Below are positions 42,870-53,571 of a DNA stretch of 64,000 bases, one piece after another; position 1 is the stretch's first letter, and each line of letters begins with the position of its first letter. The stretch covers positions 480,001-544,000 of the forward strand of contig CAWGED010000005.1 in NCBI GenBank assembly GCA_963821525.1. The letters are read 5' to 3'. Under the pieces are notes generated by a model that saw nothing but the letters and a program-made list of their open reading frames with translations, was not told where the DNA came from and did not search any database. This stretch comes from an uncultured Gemmatimonadales bacterium. GTDB lineage: Bacteria; Gemmatimonadota; Gemmatimonadetes; Gemmatimonadales; GWC2-71-9. The position numbers and the translations under genes were made by a program.

Positions 42870-43661
42870 TCAGGGTTGTGGGGTCAGCATCTCGAGCAGC
42901 CAGCGATGGATGGCCGGATTGCCGGCGGCAATCTCGCCGTGTTCGATTCCAATGTCCCGGCCCGAGTAGTCGGTAACCAGCCCGCCAGCTTCACGCACCA
43001 GTAATGTCCCCGCAGCCACATCCCACGGCGCCAGGCGCTGCTCCCAGAAGCCGTCGTAGCGACCAGCGGCTACATCGGTCAGGTCGAGTGAGGCTGATCC
43101 TGGCCGTCGCACCCCGGTCGCGCCACGGGTGATTCTCCCCAGCTGGGCCAGGTACTCGTCGAAGCGGGAGAAATCCTTGAACGGCACTCCGGTGCCGATC
43201 AGGGAATGGGCGGGATCGGTGATTCGGGAGACCGACAGCCGGTTCCCGTTCTCCCATGCTCCGCCGTCGCGGGTCGCCTGGGACAACCGATTGAGCGGAA
43301 CGTGGAGCACGACGCCAGCCTGGAGAATTCCATCCACCGCAGCCGCGATGGAGACGGCGAACGCCGGGAAGTTGTGCAGGAAGTTGGTGGTGCCATCCAG
43401 TGGATCCACGATCCAGACCAGGCCGGCGGTGACGATTTCGGGGCTCAATTCCTCGCCCACGATCGGGGTTCCCGGCATCGCCCCGTGCAGGGATTCCGCA
43501 ATGATCGCCTCCGAATTGCGGTCCACCTCGGTGGCCCAGTCGGCCCGTCCTTTGGCGTTCCAGGCAGTCGGGTCAGGGGGTGAAACGACACTCCGGAGGT
43601 AGGCCCCAGCCTGTTCGGCGGCCGTCCTGGCGATGTGGACTAAGTCATTGGCTGATGGCAT
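42870..43661 (-). CDS. suhB: inositol monophosphatase family protein
   Basis: GEE, WIVDPLDGTTNF, RRPGSASLDL, PWDVAAG. Confidence 0.93.
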   Translation of the reverse strand: MPSANDLVHIARTAAEQAGAYLRSVVSPPDPTAWNAKGRADWATEVDRNSEAIIAESLHGAMPGTPIVGEELSPEIVTAGLVWIVDPLDGTTNFLHNFPAFAVSIAAAVDGILQAGVVLHVPLNRLSQATRDGGAWENGNRLSVSRITDPAHSLIGTGVPFKDFSRFDEYLAQLGRITRGATGVRRPGSASLDLTDVAAGRYDGFWEQRLAPWDVAAGTLLVREAGGLVTDYSGRDIGIEHGEIAAGNPAIHRWLLEMLTPQP

Positions 43662-43662
43662 C

Positions 43663-43691
43663 TTGCGGCCTTGGGCCGGGGTCGGTAGCTT
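43663..43691 (+). promoter_or_regulatory. sigma70-type promoter giving a probably leaderless trpS mRNA
   Basis: TTGCGG-17 nt-TAGCTT, then 7 nt to the ATG; no SD. Confidence 0.55.
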
Positions 43692-43698
43692 GCCCTGA

Positions 43699-44689
43699 AT
43701 GTCGCGAATATTCTCCGGCATCCAGCCCTCCGGCGAGCTGCACATCGGCAACTGGCTCGGCGCGGTACAGAACTGGGTGCATCTGCAGCAGAGTTACGAC
43801 TGCCTCTTCTGCGTGGTCGATCTGCATGCGATCACCGGCAAGTACGATGCGGCCTCGCTGGCGAGTCGCACCCACGACATGACCGTGGGCCTGCTCGCGG
43901 CCGGAGTGGATCCGGAGAAGGCCATTCTGTTCGTCCAGTCTCAGGTTCCGGAGCACGCCGAGCTCCAGTGGCTGTTGAACACGGTCACACCGCTCGGGCG
44001 AGCTGGAACGGATGACGCAGTTCAAAGATAAGTCGCAGCGTTTTGAGAGCATTCCGGCGGGGGTTTTGAATTACCCGATCCTGATGGCGGCCGATATCCT
44101 GCTGTACAAGGCCGATCTGGTCCCGGTCGGGGAAGACCAGGTGCAACATCTCGAGCTGACCCGCGAGATTGCCCGCCGGTGGAACGCGGAATTCGGTAAC
44201 GGGCAGGACATTCTGCCGGAGCCGAAGCCGTTACTCACCGCGGCGAAGCGGATCATGGGGCTCGACGGCCAGGCCAAGATGTCGAAGAGCCTGGGGAATA
44301 CGATCGGGATTCTGGAGTCGCCTGAAGCGGTGTGGGCCAAGCTCCGCCCGGCGATGACGGATCCGGCGCGAGTCACGAAGAAGGATCCGGGGAATCCCGA
44401 GATCTGCAACATCTTCGCGCTGCACAAGCTGTTGTCGCCGCCGGATACGGTTGCAACCGTGGCGACCAACTGCCGCGGTGCCTTGTGGGGCTGTCTCGAC
44501 TGCAAGCGGGTGCTGGCGGACAATCTCAACGCCGCCCTCGCCCCCATACAGGCCAGGGCGAAAGAGCTGCAGGCGACACCGCACCGCGTATCGGAAATCC
44601 TGGGAGACGGTGCGGCACGAGCTCGGCGGATTGCGCGGGAGACGATTCGGGAGGTGAAGGAACGCATGGGCCTCTCACAGAGCAACTAG
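43699..44689 (+). CDS. trpS: tryptophan--tRNA ligase (indel ~43995)
   Basis: FSGIQPSGELHIGN, YPILMAADIL, VPVGEDQVQH, KMSKS. Confidence 0.98.
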
Positions 44690-44694
44690 AGAGA

Positions 44695-44750
44695 GGTAGT
44701 GGGTTGTGGGTGGTGGGAATTCACAGCTAACAGCCAACGGCTAACAGCTT
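44695..44750. repeat. chimeric heptamer element: left arm (GGTNGTG)n, right arm (ACAGCTA)n
   Basis: ggtagtg ggttgtg ggtggtg gg aattc acagcta acagcca acggcta acagct. Confidence 0.8.
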
Positions 44751-44751
44751 C

Positions 44752-45798
44752 ATGGAAAAAATCATCAAGGCGGCGGTCGAGCGGGGCGCGTCGGACCTGC
44801 ACATCAAGGCGGGCGACGTGTTCCGTGCGCGGATCAACGGCAAGCTGGTCCCCCTGACCAAACAGCGGCTCACGCCCGATCAGACGCGCGCGATCGCGCT
44901 CAAGCTGATGCCGGGAGACGAGGCGCGGAACCGGCTCGATGCGCTGAAGGACTTCGACTGCTCCTGGGGAATGCCCGGCGTGGGCCGTTTCCGGGTCAAC
45001 GTGCTGCGGCAGCGTTCCTCCTTCATGATCGTGATGCGGGTGATTCCCTTCACCGTGCCCACCATCGAGGAACTGGGACTACCGCCGGCGATCCAGACTC
45101 TCGCCGAGGCGGAGCAGGGACTGGTGCTGGTGGCCGGAGTCACGGGAAGCGGGAAGACCTCCACCGTGGCGGCGATGGTGAACCACATCAACCAGAACCT
45201 GCACCGTCACATCCTCACGATCGAGAATCCGATCGAGTTTCTCCATCGCGACGTGAAATGCTCGGTTACCCAGCGCGAAGTGGGCGTGGACACGGACAGC
45301 TTCGCGGTAGGCCTGCATGCGGCACTCAGGCAGGATCCCGACGTCGTGGTCATCAGCGAGCTGCGGGATCCCGAAACGCTGGAGACCGCGATCCGCGCCG
45401 CCGAGACGGGGCACCTGATCATCTCGACGATGCCGACCGCCGACGTCATGGCCACGATCGCGAGACTGCATTCGATGTTCCCCGCCGCCGAGCGTGAAGT
45501 GGGTCTCCTCCGGCTATCGGAGGCGTTGCGAGGAGTGGTGGCTCAGAGGCTGTTACCCAGGAAGGAAGAAGACGGAAGGATCACCGTGGTCGAGGTCCTG
45601 GTCAGCACGCCGACCGCCCGCGCCTGCCTGCGCGACGCCGACAAGCTCGAGGAGCTGGAAGAGGAAATTGAGAGTGGGGAAGAGGGAATGCAGACCTTTG
45701 CCCAGCACGCTGGCCGCCTGGTGAAGCAGGGAGAAGTCGCCAAGGAAGCCGCCCAGATCCTCACCGGGGTCAAGGGCTCGAGGAGAGGCGAGCGCTGA
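44752..45798 (+). CDS. PilT/PilU-family type IV pilus ATPase (degenerate motifs)
   Basis: ASDLHIKAG, GRFRVN, Walker A GVTGSGKT, QREVGVDT, ALRQDPDV, AAETGHL. Confidence 0.92.
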   Translation: MEKIIKAAVERGASDLHIKAGDVFRARINGKLVPLTKQRLTPDQTRAIALKLMPGDEARNRLDALKDFDCSWGMPGVGRFRVNVLRQRSSFMIVMRVIPFTVPTIEELGLPPAIQTLAEAEQGLVLVAGVTGSGKTSTVAAMVNHINQNLHRHILTIENPIEFLHRDVKCSVTQREVGVDTDSFAVGLHAALRQDPDVVVISELRDPETLETAIRAAETGHLIISTMPTADVMATIARLHSMFPAAEREVGLLRLSEALRGVVAQRLLPRKEEDGRITVVEVLVSTPTARACLRDADKLEELEEEIESGEEGMQTFAQHAGRLVKQGEVAKEAAQILTGVKGSRRGER

Positions 45799-46898
45799 CC
45801 GCAAGGCAGCTCTTCGACCTTCTCACAGCCGGACCTCGCGAGGCGGGCACCCCGCCCGCCCATCAGGCCAGAGTCCATCTCCGCCAATTTCTCGAAGCCT
45901 TGGGCTACTCGGTTCGCGAGCAGCCCTTCGACTTTTCCGCCCACACGCTCTGGGCCTTCCCGATCTTTGGCGCCGGGGTCGGGGTGATGGGACTGGTCCT
46001 GCTGCCTCTGCTCCGTTCGCCCACTGCGTCATCCGGAAGCGCCCTCATCGTCTGTGTCGCGGGCGTACTCCTGTTCGAGATTCTGGCCTGGAAGATCGGA
46101 ATTGGCGCCCGGATCCCGGGAACGACTTTCCGCAACGACGCGAATCTCATCGCCGTCCGAGGCGATGGACCGGTTTCCACCTGGCTGGTCGCCCACGTCG
46201 ACACCAAGGCCCAGGCCCAGTCCATGGCCGGACGCCTGATCTCGATCTGGGTGGTCGTGATTGCGGTGGTCGCTCTGATTCTGCTTGCGGGATGGCGCCT
46301 GGTCAGCGGAGCACCGCTGCCCTTCTCTGCGGCGGCTGCCGGCGCAGGCATCGCACTGATCGCTGCAATCTTCGCGGCGGGAAGCCGGCTCCAGGGGAGC
46401 AGCCCAGGTGCTCGCGACAACGGTACCGGGCTCCTCGCCGTCCTTTCTGCAGCGGAGGAACGACCCGACGGAACTCTTGGCATCATTCTGACCGGCGCCG
46501 AGGAGTTCGGCCTGCTTGGTGCCCGCCACCTGGCTCGAGCGGAACCGATGCTCTTCCGGGGAACTGAAGTGCTCAACCTGGATACCCTCGCCGACAGGGG
46601 CAGCCTCTACGTAGTCAGTCACGACACCAGGGCGGCGCCGCTCGCGAACCGGCTCCAGGCCAGGCTCGAGGCCTTGGGTCTCCCGGTCACCCAGCGCCGG
46701 CTGCCGATGGGGATTCTGGTAGACAGCCTTGCCATGGCCCGCCTCGCGTCAGGGGCCGTCACGGTCGCCCGCCTCGACTGGGAGGTGCTTCGGCTGATGC
46801 ATACCCCACGCGATACGGGACAGGGCTTGGATCCGGGGTTTGCGGAGGCGGTAGGCCGCCTGATTGGAAGGAGCCACCGGGGTGGCCGGACTGTTTGA
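45795..46898 (+). CDS. M28-family metallopeptidase with transmembrane segments
   Basis: REAGT..LGYSVREQPF, LVAHVDT, GARDNGTG, GAEEFGLLG, LNLD, HTPRD. The frame is open from a CTG at 45795. Confidence 0.85.
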   Translation: MTARQLFDLLTAGPREAGTPPAHQARVHLRQFLEALGYSVREQPFDFSAHTLWAFPIFGAGVGVMGLVLLPLLRSPTASSGSALIVCVAGVLLFEILAWKIGIGARIPGTTFRNDANLIAVRGDGPVSTWLVAHVDTKAQAQSMAGRLISIWVVVIAVVALILLAGWRLVSGAPLPFSAAAAGAGIALIAAIFAAGSRLQGSSPGARDNGTGLLAVLSAAEERPDGTLGIILTGAEEFGLLGARHLARAEPMLFRGTEVLNLDTLADRGSLYVVSHDTRAAPLANRLQARLEALGLPVTQRRLPMGILVDSLAMARLASGAVTVARLDWEVLRLMHTPRDTGQGLDPGFAEAVGRLIGRSHRGGRTV

Positions 46899-46923
46899 CA
46901 GGGCCAGAGGCGCCGCCTAGGTT
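46895..46923 (+). promoter_or_regulatory. sigma70 promoter of purA
   Basis: TTGACA-17 nt-TAGGTT. Confidence 0.7.
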
Positions 46924-46940
46924 TTACCAGAGGATGCAGT

Positions 46941-46961
46941 AGCCCCGTGAGGGGCTTTTTT
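46941..46961 (+). terminator. intrinsic terminator in the purA 5' region
   Basis: AGCCCC-GTGA-GGGGCT followed by a T-run (six T from 46956). Confidence 0.75.
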
Positions 46962-46984
46962 GTTGGCTTCGCCATGGAGAATCC

Positions 46985-48264
<1,280 letters not shown>

Positions 48265-48266
<2 letters not shown>

Positions 48267-48422
48267 TACCGAGTACCTGGTACCGAGTACCTAGTGTTCG
48301 ACTCCTCGAGATCTGAGATGCGGAGAGGCATCCTGCGAATCTTCAATTGTACGCCCAACTCGGTACTAGGTACTAGGTACTCAGTACTATCTCGGTACTC
48401 GGTACTAGGTACTAGGTACTGA
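48265..48422. repeat. inverted tandem-heptamer element (GTACCKA)n/(TMGGTAC)n with a duplicated right arm
   Basis: gtaccga gtacctg gtaccga gtaccta ... tcggtac taggtac taggtac tcagtac .. tcggtac tcggtac taggtac taggtac. Confidence 0.92.
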
Positions 48423-48424
48423 GA

Positions 48425-49406
48425 ATGACAGAGCACACGAAACTGTCTAGTCATCGGTGCCGGTCCCTGCGGCCTGGCCGTCGGTGTCGCCGCCAAGACG
48501 GCGGGAGTCTCGTGTATCCTGCTCGACCGCCGGACTGTTGTCTCCACCATCGAGCGCTATCCCCTCAACATGACGTTCTTCTCGACTCCGGAGCGGATCG
48601 AGATCGGCGGGGTACCGTTCATCGCGAGTCATGAGAAACCCACCCGGCGCGACGGGCTGCTCTATTACCGTCGGGTGGCGGAGCACTTCGGTCTGGATGC
48701 CCGCCCGGGAGAAGAAGTCACTTCAGTGACCCGCGCGGACGATCACTTCGAGCTGGCAGTCAAGCGGCGTCACGACAGCACCCGGTATACCGCGGACAAC
48801 GTGGTCTTTGCGACCGGGTACTACGACTGGCCCAACCGCCTTGGAATTCCGGGAGAAGACCTGCCTCACGTCGCCCACTACTTCACCGAGGGGCACCGCC
48901 ACTGGCATCAGCGTGTCGTGGTGATCGGAGGAGGAAACAGTGCGGTGGACGCGGCACTCGAATGCTGGCGGGCCGGGGCGCACGTCACCATGGTCCATCT
49001 CGGCGACCGGTTCGACGGCACGGTGAAGCCCTGGGTCCTGCCCGACATCACCAACCGGCTCAAGGAGAAGAGCATCATCGGGAAGTGGCGCAGCCGCGTC
49101 GTCGCCATAACGCCCGAGGCAGTAGAAATCGTGGCGGACGATGGCTGCCGGGAGACTCTGCCCGCTGACTACGTGCTGGCCATGACCGGTTACTACGCGG
49201 ACACCAGCTTGATCGAGAAACTCGGCGTCCCGGTTGATGCAGGCACCGGGATTCCGGCCCACGACGAGAAGACGATGATGACGCCGGTTCCCGGTTGCTA
49301 TCTCGCCGGAGTTATGGCGAGCGGGAAGGATGCCAACCGGCTGTTCATTGAGAATGCGCGGGGGCATGGAGGGTTGATCGTTAGAGATGTGGTGAGGGGA
49401 AGGTAG
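48425..49406 (+). CDS. ypdA: YpdA-family FAD-dependent (putative bacillithiol) disulfide reductase (indel ~48445)
   Basis: VIGAGPCGLA, YPLNMTFFSTPERIEIG, KPTR..YYRRV, ATGYYD, IGGGNSAVD, FIENARGHG. Confidence 0.88.
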
Positions 49407-49521
49407 CTATTAGCTGTTAGCGGTTAGCTGTGAGGCCAAGAAAGCGAATCCGAAATGTTCGAAGCGCCTCAACGTCCAAGACTGGTCGGAGGGCTTACGC
49501 TTATGCAGCTAACAGCTAACA
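49405..49521. repeat. inverted tandem-heptamer element (GTTAGCT)n/(AGCTAAC)n
   Basis: agct attagct gttagcg gttagct ... cagctaa cagctaa ca; same family as 8396-8489. Confidence 0.8.
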
Positions 49522-49563
49522 TTCGCTACACAGCGTTGAATCGCCACCGCCGTGAACCGGGCC

Positions 49564-50502
49564 TCACGGCGCCAGCCGGTTCCGTTCGTAGATCAGATTA
49601 CGCGGAGTGAACCACCAGTCATAATCCCGGGTGATCAGCGCACCACCGTTTACTCGAGGATCGGCATTCTCCGCCCGCACCCTGGCGCGGACGTGGACCG
49701 AGCCGATGTCGTCGTAGTCGTTGTCAGGGTCGGCGTCGAGCCCATCGGCCTGCACCGCTTCGACCCCATTGGTAAAGACCAGCGAGACATCCCATTGCTG
49801 TACCCCGGTCGCGATGATTTCACCCTGCATCGCGCCCGTGTTACTCACCCGCTCGGCCCGCAGCAGGTTGTCCTGGGCGTCTCGCCAGTAGGCCACCATC
49901 GACAGTTCCTGCACGAAGGTGCCGGATCGGGTGAGCAGGAGGCCACCGCTCAGCGCCCCATTGTGATGCAGCAGGGCAGCAAGATTGACAAAGATAATCT
50001 GCGCCGTCGGTGTCGCCGGGTTCACGGCGGTGACATACAGGAGCCGCCGTTCCGCGTTCACCTGGAGGCGCGCGATGTCCCCGACCGCCAGCTGGAACCC
50101 ACCGGGGTTCGCGAGGTCGAGACAGGTTGCGCCGCAGGTGCCGCCCGGCGCGAGTGGGTTAATCGGCGGCGGCGGCGGCGGGACCAGGTTGTAGACCACG
50201 GCCTCGTTCGGGGTGTAGGGGACTCGGAGAATAACCAGCGTGTCATTCCAGACCCCGACCGTTCCGAAGTTGGTCTGCGATTCCACTCCAACGCCGGCTT
50301 CTTCCAGGTCGCGCTGGAGAGCCAGTGCAACGTAGCGCGCGTTCCGGGTGATACCGTCGCGAAGCCGAGTGCCGACCAGGCTGCGACCGGTAACCAGGGC
50401 GAGACCGGTGGCGGCCATCAGGACAATCGTCCCGATGACGATCGCAATCATTACCTCGACGAGGGTAAAGCCCTCCCTGGATCGAAGCCCTCGGCGCGTC
50501 AT
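49564..50502 (-). CDS. PilW-like minor pilin
   Basis: Class III signal G/FTLVEVMIA, then ARYVALALQRDLEEAG. Confidence 0.85.
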   Translation of the reverse strand: MTRRGLRSREGFTLVEVMIAIVIGTIVLMAATGLALVTGRSLVGTRLRDGITRNARYVALALQRDLEEAGVGVESQTNFGTVGVWNDTLVILRVPYTPNEAVVYNLVPPPPPPINPLAPGGTCGATCLDLANPGGFQLAVGDIARLQVNAERRLLYVTAVNPATPTAQIIFVNLAALLHHNGALSGGLLLTRSGTFVQELSMVAYWRDAQDNLLRAERVSNTGAMQGEIIATGVQQWDVSLVFTNGVEAVQADGLDADPDNDYDDIGSVHVRARVRAENADPRVNGGALITRDYDWWFTPRNLIYERNRLAP

Positions 50503-50894
50503 GGGAGCCCTCGATAGATCAAGGTGATCACCTCGACCGGCTGGGTCTGGCGCGGGAAGGTGACCCGTACCGTAACCCGGGCCAGGTTGGCGGCGTCGAG
50601 GGTCACATCCATGGACCGCTGATAGGTACCGGCCGCGTTGACAACACCCAGCTCGTCCACGGCTACCGGGGCCTCGGTCGCCAGGGTCCAGGGATCACGA
50701 CCGCGGACCTGCTCCATATAGCCGCGCGCGATGGAGAGCGCGGTGTTGGCATTGGCGAGGCGGTTCTGGGTGGTCATCAGCATCGACTGGGAGCGGGCGA
50801 GGGCGACGAGCCCCACGCTCAGCATGACGATCGCGATGAGCACCGAGATGAGGGTAAAGCCGCCCTCATTCCTCAGAGTCTTGGTAGGCGTCAT
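50499..50894 (-). CDS. PilV-like minor pilin
   Basis: G/FTLISVLIAIVMLSVGLVAL, A..IARGYMEQVR, RVTVRVTF. Confidence 0.82.
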   Translation of the reverse strand: MTPTKTLRNEGGFTLISVLIAIVMLSVGLVALARSQSMLMTTQNRLANANTALSIARGYMEQVRGRDPWTLATEAPVAVDELGVVNAAGTYQRSMDVTLDAANLARVTVRVTFPRQTQPVEVITLIYRGLP

Positions 50895-51449
50895 TGCCAG
50901 GCTCCTCCGCGGTAGACCCAGCGCCGGATGCCACCGCCCGGGGTGACGGTCACCGCCGCGACGGCGTTGTTATCGAGCGAACTGGTGAAGTAGATGACTC
51001 CCCGCGCGCCAAACGGCGTCGTGACGCCGCGGGTGTCGAAATCCACCGCGTTGCCGGTAAATGTCGTGGCTCCTGAGCCGGGGAAACCGGCCAGTTGGGG
51101 AGCCGCGCCCCGTCCGAAAATGACGTTGTCGGTCAGGATGCGGGTCTGAAGTCCCCGCAGCGCCGCCGTCTCCGTCGCGACCTGGTTGATGACGCCGTCG
51201 CCGTTGTCGTCGAGGTAGGCGGTGTAGCGGTTGGTCGCCGTGGTGATCACCAACTCGGGTACTTCCCCGCGCGGTGATGGCCCGGGTCCGCACCTGCTCC
51301 AAATCGTTCACCAGCTGATCGGCCGCCAGGCTGACCCGCTGAATCGTGCTAACCCGGAACTTGGGCGCTACAATCGCCATGCAGATGCTGACGATGCAGA
51401 TCACGACCAGCATCTCGATCAGCGAGAACCCGCTGCGATCCTTTCGCAT
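50891..51449 (-). CDS. FimT/GspH-like minor pilin (indel ~51255)
   Basis: G/FSLIEMLVV..VAPKF, LVNDLEQVRTRAI, YLDDNGDG, VDFDTRG. Confidence 0.82.
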
Positions 51450-51456
51450 ACGCGTC

Positions 51457-53263
51457 CTAGTAGACCGGGCGGAAGGCAGTCTGGACCACGCTGCCCACTG
51501 TTGGGGTGCCCGGCGGCAGATTGTTGGGGTCTTGGAACCGCAGATCGAACTGCCAGTCACGGGCGGGCGGGCTGTAGTAGTTCTGCCACGACCAGCGCCG
51601 GCGCTTGGCGTACCCGCTCTGGAAGAGTGACACCAGGGAGCCCCGGTAGGTCATGGTGACCCCACTCCAGTTCTCCAGGAAGCGGGGGAAGTTTTCCAGC
51701 CCGCCGCCGTAGTTGGGAAGGGCCCCGCCGGTCAGCGGCGGTGGGGTGCCTGCGAAGCATGCCGGGGCAACGCGATTGACGTCGCAGGGCGTAGCCGAGT
51801 GTCCCGCTGCGATGGCGGCGAAGACCGTCATCGGGGCCGCGTTTGTGATCGGGAAGGCCACATCCACGTTGGGATCCATCGCCGCGGTCCAGGGGTGGGC
51901 TGCGTCGGTCCAGGCAGACGACTGGAAGGTGATCGCGTCGGCCAGGAATGATGCCGGCTGCCAGCCCAACGTGTTGAAGTTGTTCCAGACGTAGAGCGGC
52001 CGGTCGGTGGCTACGGACATCGGCCGCAGCAGGGTGGAGCCGTTCACCAGTCGCACAACGGGGTAATCCCGGAGCGTGTTGGCCGGATCGACGTTGATGA
52101 AGGTGATGTAAATGATCGAGGCGTCCCGCGCGACGGGCGCCACGTTCACCCAGGCTTGGAGATCAGCCACGTTGATCTCGAATACGTCAGCGCCAATGTT
52201 CTCGCGCCCCTCCTGGAAGGCGTTCGGGATCCCCCTTACCATCGCACCTGCGCCCAGGAAGCCGTTGGTGCACTCGAGTGCGGTGGGCACCGGGTGGCCC
52301 GCCGGAATGGTAGTGATCGCGCCAACCGTGTTACACACGTTGTTGAGCGACGCCATGTCTACCGTCATGTGCCAAGTCGCCTTCCAGGCGAACTTGACCG
52401 CCTGGACCTGCGGGGTATCGCCCGCATTCCGCGGCTTGATCATTTCAATGGGCGGCATGCCGGTCGGCAGGGGAAGTCGCAGCGGCGTGACGCCGCTCTC
52501 GCCGGTCATCAAGCGGCCATTGAACGTGGCCTGGCTCGCGGCGACGAAGCCTCCGGGAGGCGGATTCCGGCTGTCAAACAGGAGCTGATGGGCAACCCCC
52601 GATGCGTCGTCGATGAAGATGTTGGTGTTGACTGCATTGCTCGCCTTGCGCATCTCGAACATGCTGTCAGGCGTCGTGATCAGGCTGTGGAAGTTGGTCG
52701 GCCCGCCGCCCGGCGTGAGGTAGAGGTTGCCGTTGGTGTGGATCCAGCCCATGAAGTCGAGCTGCGGGCCGTTATGAATCTCGAGGTCTTCCTCGTAGAA
52801 CACACCGAACTGGAACAGCGGGATGGACTGGGCGTTGACGGTGACGATGTCCCGGGCACGGTTGGCCAGCGCGTCCCGCGCCTCGACGGTGATGTCGATC
52901 GGCCTGATTGAGGCCGATCAGGCCGGCATAGGGCCCGCTCGTGATGGTGCGGGGGACGGCGGGGCCCGCCACGGCGGAAATCGCCGTGTAGGTGAAGCCG
53001 GGCACGACAGGCGGCGTCAGCGCGGCGAGTTCGGCCGGGGTCACGATGCCGTCCCCCATGGCCACTTCGAGCTGCGCCATGACGTTGTCGGCACCGGCCT
53101 CGGTGGCGTAGGACACCCGCGAGCCCCGATAGTCCATACCCGCGGTCCGCTGAGTCATGACCGCCGAGGTGACGGCTGCCCCGATGAGCACGGTGAGCAG
53201 CACCATAACGACGACAGTGGACTCCAGGGCGAAGCCCCGGCGGTTCCCAAGGAGGGTGCTCAT
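51457..53263 (-). CDS. large PilX-like minor pilin (indel ~52905)
   Basis: RRG/FALES..hydrophobic helix, YATEAG, IPLFQFGVFYEEDLE, GWIHTNGNLY, C-terminal GGLENFPRFLENW..YYSPPARDWQFD..LPPGTP. Confidence 0.8.
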
Positions 53264-53502
53264 CGCTCGCCTCACGGTGTCATACCGTTCAGGTTCTACA
53301 CACAGCCACGCGATCGGCTGGAGGCCTCCATAATCTTGTGTTTAAAGTGGCAAGATCCGCACGGATGGGTAGGAGCCAATGTCTGACCGTCTAAAAATTG
53401 GTCAGTAGGGCTATCCAAGTGCTTGCTGCAGGCCCCACTGAGGTTTCGCAAGGAGTGGGGTCCGAGGAGGGGGAAATTGTGCCCCGGCGGGAGGTCGCCG
53501 GG

Positions 53503-53531
53503 TTGCTGGCCGCAATATGCTCGTCTACGTT
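53503..53531 (+). promoter_or_regulatory. sigma70-type promoter of glyQS
   Basis: TTGCTG-17 nt-TACGTT. Confidence 0.5.
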
Positions 53532-53571
53532 TCCGCCCCTCGTGAGCCGGATCTCCCCCGACCCCCATCCG

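Noticed and set aside
53280..53500. c-di-GMP riboswitch or sigma54 promoter upstream of the pilin cassette
   Set aside because: Hairpins exist (CCCCACT..AGTGGGG), but I could not find the GEMM motifs or a GG-N10-GC box on the minus strand.
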